NCBI GenBank assembly: GCA_946965045.2 | Contig: OX337240.1 | Location: 1,860,001-1,924,000 of the forward strand | Source of the DNA: Epithemia pelagica | Taxonomy: Eukaryota; Protista; Bacillariophyta | Direction: 5' to 3' | DNA length: 64,000 bases | Part shown: piece by piece, positions 56,863-64,000 of the stretch | Layout: every line of letters begins with the position of its first letter | Position numbering within the stretch: position 1 is the first letter of the stretch | Notes under the pieces: generated by a model | What the model was told of the DNA's origin: nothing | Databases searched by the model: none | Seen by the model: the letters and a program-made list of their open reading frames with translations, nothing else | Translations under genes and position numbers: made by a program

Positions 56863-57713
56863 ACTGTGTTGTATGTTTTGTCACTTTTGAAAATCAAACT
56901 GGTTCGAGAGGGTCGAGATGCGGATGCTGTTTGGGTGGGTCCAGTGTGCAAACTGGACAACCCCAACAAAACCACCACAAGCATTCCCAACACGGTCATT
57001 CCGGCATTGCCAGTCATGTCGCCCTGCGCTGTCACGTGCCCTTTCGATGTCAAAATTTGTCGGAATTGCGACGCAAGGTCGCTCAATCCATTCCCTGGAC
57101 GACCTGGTTGTGCCCTACCACGGCACATGATATTGTGGTTTGTGGTCGCGGAAGCGAATTTTCCACGGCGCATACGGCATACGGGACTTCTGCCAGTCGT
57201 GTTTTTCACGCGCGGCAACGCGCCGTCCCAGCGTTTTGACGGTTAACGGTCGGATGTGGCTCCACTACAGTCGCGTTTGGGCGTTAGAGGTTGGTTGGAG
57301 CTCTCTCTTCTTCATTCTTCATATCGCCTCTTGTTGTGTTTGTCCTCCTTTCCCCTTGAGCGGAACGTTGGAAGAGCTTGACATTCCCATTGAAGCGGTA
57401 AGCCACATTCGAGGTCCTTGTTGTTGACATAAGCTGGATTGAATGACAAGTGGTTCGTGGTGAGACAGTCCACATACAATGTGGTCCGTTAGTTACGTAG
57501 ATGCGTGTAGACAAATATTCGACTTGAGAGAACGATTCAAGATAGAGGGTCGCCTTCGGAGAGTAGGCGCATCAGTTAAGGGAAGTGATCTAATCTTTTG
57601 TTTCTTGTCGCTTCTTTTCTCTCGTTTATTGCTTACGTGGTCAGTAAAGCGAAGCAGTCAAGTGGGCATACCAGAAAAACAACAATAACGAGCATTTCCT
57701 GCTTCTAAATGAA

Positions 57714-59435
57714 ATGAGTACATCCGTATATCCTCCTCCCTTGTACACCGAGGCCCAAGCCACCTTTTTGGCAATTATTCCATACTTTACGGCGCCCTGG
57801 TCCGTGGCAGGATCGTCCTTGATCTTGTGGTCCATCTGGTACGATCGCAAAGAATTGTTGAAACATGTATACCATCGCATAATGGTGGGAATTTCCTTCT
57901 TTGACTGGATGAGTTCCATGGGATTGCTCATCTTCGGTCCCTGGGCCGTACCCTCAGATTGGCCCTATGGAAGAAGTGGACGAGGGACGGTTGGTACCTG
58001 TGAAGCTTCCGGATTTTTTCTCAATCTATCCTTTGGAGCCATGTGGTATACCGTCTTTTTGGCGATCCATTTTGTCATGTTGCTTCGATGGGAATGGAAA
58101 GAACGGTGGGTTTATTCCAATGAGATGGACAGTCGCCCGTATACCGCGCTGACCTTTTGGTTCTTTCTTTTTGCGCAAAACTTGCCTGGAATGAAGACGG
58201 ATTGCTTGTTGCTTGGAACCTTTGGCACATCTTGTCGGCTGGATTATTCCAATCTCCTCCAGTTCGGGTGGTATTGCCTCGCGTGTGTTTAATCCACGAC
58301 GAGATTTACCCGGATGGTGTTGGTTTTCCGACAACCCTCCTTTGTGCAACGAAAATGACGACATTGATTGTGTACGAGGCGAAGACTATGATGACTTCAC
58401 TGGGATTATAGAAACAGGCAATGTCATTTTTGCGTGGACGATCATTATCATTTGCATGCTTCTGATTGTTTGCAAGGTACGTCGTATTGAAAGGAATATG
58501 GGTCGGTACGCTGTGGGTCGGCCGGATGGTCGACGACCCCGTGGTCGAAATAGACGAGGGGAAAGTTCGAATACCATTGCCAGGGCGGCTTCGACAGCTA
58601 CGACATCTCCCACTGCTAGCCGCGGTAATGAGCCTAGCTATGCTCGTACCAAGGCCACGGCTCGTCAGGCTTTGTTATATATTGCTATTTTCTTTGTCAT
58701 TTACTCGCCCATGGCGTTGATATTGCAAATGAAAAGCACACCTGATGATCCTGATCTGGAACGAAAACGAAAACTGCCAGTTGCTCTGCTAGTCAAGATT
58801 TGCACTCCTCTGCAGGTATGTATCGGGTCTGCATATCGCAATGTCGCAATAACTACCCTTTTCGCTGAGAGATACAAAGTTCTTACACGTTATGATGTCT
58901 CCGGTTACAATGGCTTTGTTACTTTCGCTTCTAAATTCAGGGCTTCTTGAATGCGCTTGTGTACTTTCGCCGTCGGTTTGCAGATCTGATCAAAGATGGT
59001 AAAAGCCTAGCATTTATGCGCCAAATTCCATACTTGGGTCCTTGGATTGAGGAATGGTCAAGTCGGGGTACGGGCAGCAGCAGTCGTAGAGGCCGTGCTG
59101 GTACCAGTGGCCAAACCCTGGATCATGCCGGTCGCTATTGTGCCAATCAAACAACCATAACAACATTGGGAACGACAAGTTCCATGGCTCACGACAATCA
59201 CAATCCGATTTCACATGCAAGTGTGACAGAAGGGAACATAGAAGAACACCCTGCTTCTCCTATGCATCCTACCCATAATGCAGACAAGCATGTATCGTTC
59301 AAGGACACTGATTTGTCGCTTGTAGAAGAAAAACAAAGTGATGTTCACCCGGTCTCAATTGAGGATGAAACCGTGGAAGAAGATGAGGAGAATCACGGAG
59401 ATGTACGTGTAGATGGACAAGATGGCTTATCATGA
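57714..59435 (+). CDS. 7-TM GPCR (cAMP-receptor/Git3-like), right copy; exons 57714-58105, 58197-58815, 58941-59435
   Basis: Same structure as the left copy; intron 1 GTGGGT..branch GCTGAC..AAG, intron 2 GTATGT..CAG; frame preserved. Confidence 0.85.
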
Positions 59436-60263
59436 AAAGCCCATGATCCCGCATTTATACAACTACGACAGTCATTCAGAATGCATGAGTGCAACAGAAC
59501 GACATGGTCTTTGGCATTTGATTGTTTTAACCAAGTGGCTTACTTTTTTCCTTGATTCAAACTGCGCAAGCGGCAGTGGCACTTGTAATTGTCCGAACAG
59601 TCGTCGTTCAACTTGCTGTTTCTTCCGAGTGGTGGGATTGCGTCTTGGCTATTGTCCTTTCGACAAATGAGAGAGGCGACAGCTCCTTTCTTGTATCGGA
59701 CAACAACAGTGATTGCCGCATCGCCCTCCTTCATGATCCTCCCAATGTCATTTGCCAATTGGCAAGAGTCAAAGGTTGGTGTGGTCCACAAGTGTTTTTG
59801 CTACAGCTGTCACGGGCATATCACATCGTACAAATACTCACACCAACCATGTCAATGGATTCACTGCTCTTCGACCTCCACTAGCGCGGGCAGAGCATAA
59901 GGAAGCATGAGCCCCCCTCGTTCGCAGGCGGTCCAAACGGCTTAGCCTCGCACCTAGTTTCGGAGCACAAGGGGCAAACTGGTACGGGGATTTCGCGAGT
60001 CGTAAGGTTGGACCATCCGCTGTTGACACCAGCGTTTGGACCAATTGCTTTCACGACACAGGTTCCTAGTGTGTCCCCATTTTGAAGCGTAGCACGATTA
60101 CGAAGCATCCCATGAGCACGACCATAAGATGATGGGCTGTTCTCATACAGGAGTTGATGCGCCCCAGAAAACGGCCAAATAGGGTAGTTATTAAAGCTGA
60201 TCCATCACATTTTGGAAAGCTGTGACATGAAGTAAAGATAGAAAATCCTATCAATCTTTTTTT

Positions 60264-61658
60264 TCATTCCTTGCAAAGCGACACAATTGTTTTGTTCAAA
60301 CTCATACCAGCAGCAGGGTAGAAGATAATACAGGCAGAACGATAAGTTGTTGTGGTTCCGCCTCCCTCATTTCCCCGATATTCGTGATGCTCTTCTGAAA
60401 CTTTATGGCTCTTACCAATATCCACTTCCCAAGCTGATTCTTCGTCATCACTCACAGTTTCTCGTTCATCTACTGAGAGGTCATCGAATTCCTTGAGGAA
60501 TCCATCGTCGGACAAATGCAGTACGCTGTCACACCAAACTGAACTCTCAATCGCGTCCTGTTTGCATGGAGACCATTTTTTCATTCCATTCTCCAACACA
60601 ATCATTTCAATCCCATAATCATTTTTTAATTCACAATCATCATCATAATCATACGGATCGTCACATTCGTTGTTCACATGCCAGAAAACTACAAGAGACA
60701 GCTCAAACATACGTTTGCCAGTATCATCTTTGGCGTTACGCAACACACTCAGCACTACTGCATCACGGCCTTTCAGCGTTCCAAAGTCAAAGCTATCCAA
60801 GGTATACTCATGATCCAGACAGTATCCCAACTTTCCTGTTGAACTCGTCATCCATTTGGCAGCCTCAATCTGCAGTTGCTTGACGGTGGACTCCACATCA
60901 AGAGCATCAGGGACAACTCCGTTAGGATTGGGCTTGCTTACGACCAGATTATAGACCAAACAAAGTCGCCAACCTTCGGTTACGGGAGTGATTTCATGTT
61001 CACAGTCTGCGTAAAAGGCCATGTATCGGAACACCGATTGACAATCTTTCGAATTCTCGAATTGCTTTGTCACGCCTTGGTGAGAAACGAAGCTATCACC
61101 ACCCTCGAAGCTACAGGGAAGTTGAAGGACAAGAGTGCCGAACATGCCACTTTCTTTAACCGTATCCTTGTGTTTCTTGAAATGACCGCCCTGGTCGTAC
61201 AAGAGAACCTTGTAAAGATGAGCTTCGATTCCAAGTTTGTCGACATTTTCATTGGAGATGCCAAGCTCGTAGCATGCCTGTCTGACCAGACAGACAAATG
61301 TATCGTTCCAACCTTTTCCTCCTATAGTAACCTTGTTTGGCTCAATCTTCCATGTCTTGCGAACCGACTCATCCACCAAAGTATCCGGCCCTCGTCCAAA
61401 GGGAGCCATCTCAGCCACCGTGTCTTTCACATACTTGGCCATAATAGGGTGGAGAGGAAGTCCAAGTCTTCCCACACCTTCCACGTCAATCGTGGGGCTC
61501 AAGGCCAACGGGTGAAAGGCTCCGCTCGTGGCAAAGGAGCCCACCGGGTTGACGACATCCAAGAGTTTCTTCAACTGAGTTCCATCGTAATGTTCAGTTT
61601 CCTCTTCTGACTCTTCTGACTGCATTGATGCGTCTTCGTCTTTGCTTGCTTTGCTCAT
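60264..61658 (-). CDS. 2OG-Fe(II) oxygenase, right copy
   Basis: HKD...H...R triad intact; 6 aa longer than the left copy in the acidic linker. Confidence 0.88.
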   Translation of the reverse strand: MSKASKDEDASMQSEESEEETEHYDGTQLKKLLDVVNPVGSFATSGAFHPLALSPTIDVEGVGRLGLPLHPIMAKYVKDTVAEMAPFGRGPDTLVDESVRKTWKIEPNKVTIGGKGWNDTFVCLVRQACYELGISNENVDKLGIEAHLYKVLLYDQGGHFKKHKDTVKESGMFGTLVLQLPCSFEGGDSFVSHQGVTKQFENSKDCQSVFRYMAFYADCEHEITPVTEGWRLCLVYNLVVSKPNPNGVVPDALDVESTVKQLQIEAAKWMTSSTGKLGYCLDHEYTLDSFDFGTLKGRDAVVLSVLRNAKDDTGKRMFELSLVVFWHVNNECDDPYDYDDDCELKNDYGIEMIVLENGMKKWSPCKQDAIESSVWCDSVLHLSDDGFLKEFDDLSVDERETVSDDEESAWEVDIGKSHKVSEEHHEYRGNEGGGTTTTYRSACIIFYPAAGMSLNKTIVSLCKE

Positions 61659-62076
61659 GATGAGACGAAGATCTTGGTTATGGAAGTTTGTTCCTTACCG
61701 CAATGCGATTTGTGTGCCGGGAATGGTGTGAACCACCGTTTTTTCATGCCGACGCATTTTCAGTTTTTGCGGTGATCGTGATCACGACTGATTTTTCGTG
61801 CCGTCATCCTCCGACCATAGCTATCGGTGAGCCAAACTTATCTCAGTAGTAAGGTTAGGTCTAAAACGACGCGTTCATTGGAGTTTTCTTCTTCTCTGCA
61901 TCTATAGTGGGAGTGGCTTTTCTTCTCCATTGTACAAACTATAGTGGGAATGGCTCAGGAAGATAGGAACGGATCTCGATTTTGGCTCAAAACCGTTGCT
62001 TCCTTTGCCGTAGGAATATTGTCTAGTTTCGTGGTCCTCACGTTCGGAGCTTTAGCGTTCTGTTTGACCGTATTGA

Positions 62077-63951
62077 TTACAAAGTTTTGTCCGTGGCGCT
62101 GGCCGTACTGCTCGCAGTTGTACTCGTAGCAGTCGTATTGGTCGTTGTGGCGGCTTGTGTTTGTGGTCCTCGATGTTGCAACAATTGATGATTCAACGAT
62201 TGGAGGGCCGTAATCAATTCCGAAATTTGTTCCGACGAAGCAGTCGTCGTGTCGGTGGCTGTCTTGGTCGAAGGATGAGACGAATTGTCGTTGGAGTTGT
62301 TGGTCCCCGCATGATGCAACACAGTCTGTAAGGCTTGTTGCAAGGTGGTTGTTGTTGTTGCCAAATGTGGTGTTGCGTGGTTGTTGGGTGCGCGACGAGT
62401 GCTCGATCGACTCGTCGAGCAGCAACCGGCAAGGGAACACCAACCACCATGGTCTTGTGCGCGACGAGTTTTGTTTGGATCGCGACCCACAAAATCGTTT
62501 TGATTGTCTTCCTCCGTGTATTCGACATCGTGTTGTTTCAATTGTTGATAGCGATACTGGTAGTGTTTGCGGAGTCGTCGTTGTCGTTGGACATGCCATC
62601 CCAGCAAGGTGGACAAACAGGTCGCCAGTACAACCCAACTCTTGTCACATGAGGTCCCATGCAACAAGAGTGTCGTATGGACACTAAAGCTCAAGCCGAT
62701 AGCACCCAAGACACTGGTCAATCCTTCCAAGGTAGCTTCTTCATGCCATCGAACCCACCATCCGCCAATCACAGCCATCAAGACGGTGACACACCAACCG
62801 TAAAGAGACAATTCGTCATTCATGTCTTGTTGCTGAACATGGAGATTATTCGGGTAGTGATCCACATAGAGCCAATCCACTGTGGAAGTGTGCAAGGGTT
62901 GGGAAAAGGTCATCAACAGCAAATAAACGACACTGCCGGTGACCAAGGCTCCCAAACAAAAGATTCCAAATCGCAAAAAGGTACCCGCCAACAAGGCCGA
63001 AATGAGTGCGGCAATGGTGGCCAAACTCAATTTCATGGAACAATCCAACCATGACGAGGAGGAAGACGAGGAATCATGGAATGGCACCGTAGAAGACGTC
63101 CAGGGAGAACCACCAGCCGGATACGAGGAGGAGGCTGTCGCCGAAGCATGCTCGTCGTGCCAGGCGACCCAGGCGGTCAAGACATGAAACACGAGCCACA
63201 CACCGACACTGGCTGCCGCCAAGACGGTGACGGGCCACAAACACGAGGCACCCCACCACATCAACCCCAGCGAAATGGGCAACACAATCAACCCTTGAAT
63301 CCAATACATGTCTCGAACTTCCGCCCGTTCGTCGGCCAAGGACAAACGTTGCCACGACGGCAGATAGGACGACGAGGAAGCATTGTTGGAACCGGAGCCT
63401 GGAGTGGTGGTAGTGGGTGTATTTTGGACTGTGGTCAGATTCCAATTCAAACTCGTGACAAAGCCAATGGCTCGTTCAATGTTTTGACAAGCACTCAAGG
63501 AAAGGGCTGTGGTATTCCAATTGTTGGAACTCCCACAAGAAGATGACATATAAAAGGAAAAGGAGTTGTTGCCATTGCTGGTTTGGTTGCAAGGGAATTG
63601 TATTGAATTGTTTCCAACGATGTCCACTGCCAGTCGTCTTGGTCGGAGACGTCTCTCGTTTTGGCTTGATGCATCCTTTGAAGGGTCGTTGAGGTTGATA
63701 CCGTCGTTGGAGGGCGGTCGCTCCAAGTCGGCCTTGAAAGTCTGTTGTTGTTAATGTCTTTGCAGTTGAGGTTGAGTCAATCGCAACGACTGGAATGAAA
63801 TAGGTCTCGCATCGGTCGTCTCTGCGTGAGCGACAACAACGACCGTCGAAAAAACAATAACCACAAGAAGAAACGTGGCAAGAAGCGACCTCGTCCGAAC
63901 AGACCCACCGCAACCTGACATTCGGGTCAGTGTCATTCGAGACAGCGCCAT
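62077..63951 (-). pseudogene. TMEM198/DUF4203-like multi-pass membrane protein gene with an in-frame nonsense codon near the 5' end
   Basis: The signal-peptide ORF 63951-63751 and the ORF 63726-62077 are in the same frame, separated by TAA within a CAA run (QRH*QQQ). About 7 TM segments end in GWHVQRQRR. The family assignment is from pattern only. Confidence 0.55.
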
Positions 63952-64000
63952 CCGGCAGCGTATCCGTTTCGGCTTTACTGGCTGTTGGAGGTTGTGTGAA

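Noticed and set aside
44301-63753. In-frame TAA where Gln is plausible (44301 and 63751), suggesting TAA=Gln recoding
   Set aside because: TAA and TAG terminate many intact genes here (637, 6444, 8807, 33361, 38743). Simple C>T nonsense mutations explain both cases.

Overview
Eukaryotic nuclear DNA, most likely a pennate diatom: an ASAF bipartite plastid presequence, short GT-AG introns and CoDi-like Ty1/copia elements. No prokaryotic systems or CRISPR arrays were seen. Bases 1-13 kb are single-copy: plastid ATP sulfurylase, a PB1-repeat pseudogene, a type II SAM methyltransferase, a tandem-repeat protein and a MITE. The rest is dominated by an inverted segmental duplication. The left copy (13094-36708) is a circular permutation of the right block (39267-63142), and its internal junction at 30130/30131 ligates the two outer ends of the right block, which is the signature expected of duplication through a circular DNA intermediate. 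Each copy then gained its own copia element, and the empty site is visible in the other copy. Copia A (19101-29456) is intact, has a 2879-codon ORF and has non-canonical AG...CT termini. Copia B (42899-50002) is dead, has gag and pol in one frame separated by a single TGA, and carries a different MITE in each LTR. Duplicated genes are a PLD-family nuclease, a Fringe/GT31-like glycosyltransferase, a 2OG-Fe(II) oxygenase, a 7TM GPCR, a TMEM198-like protein, a PB1/CBM-like gene and a hypothetical protein. There is also a tRNA-Val(AAC) and a small TIR-less element with a covarying three-tier hairpin, present twice. All alignments were done by eye; no database searches were run.
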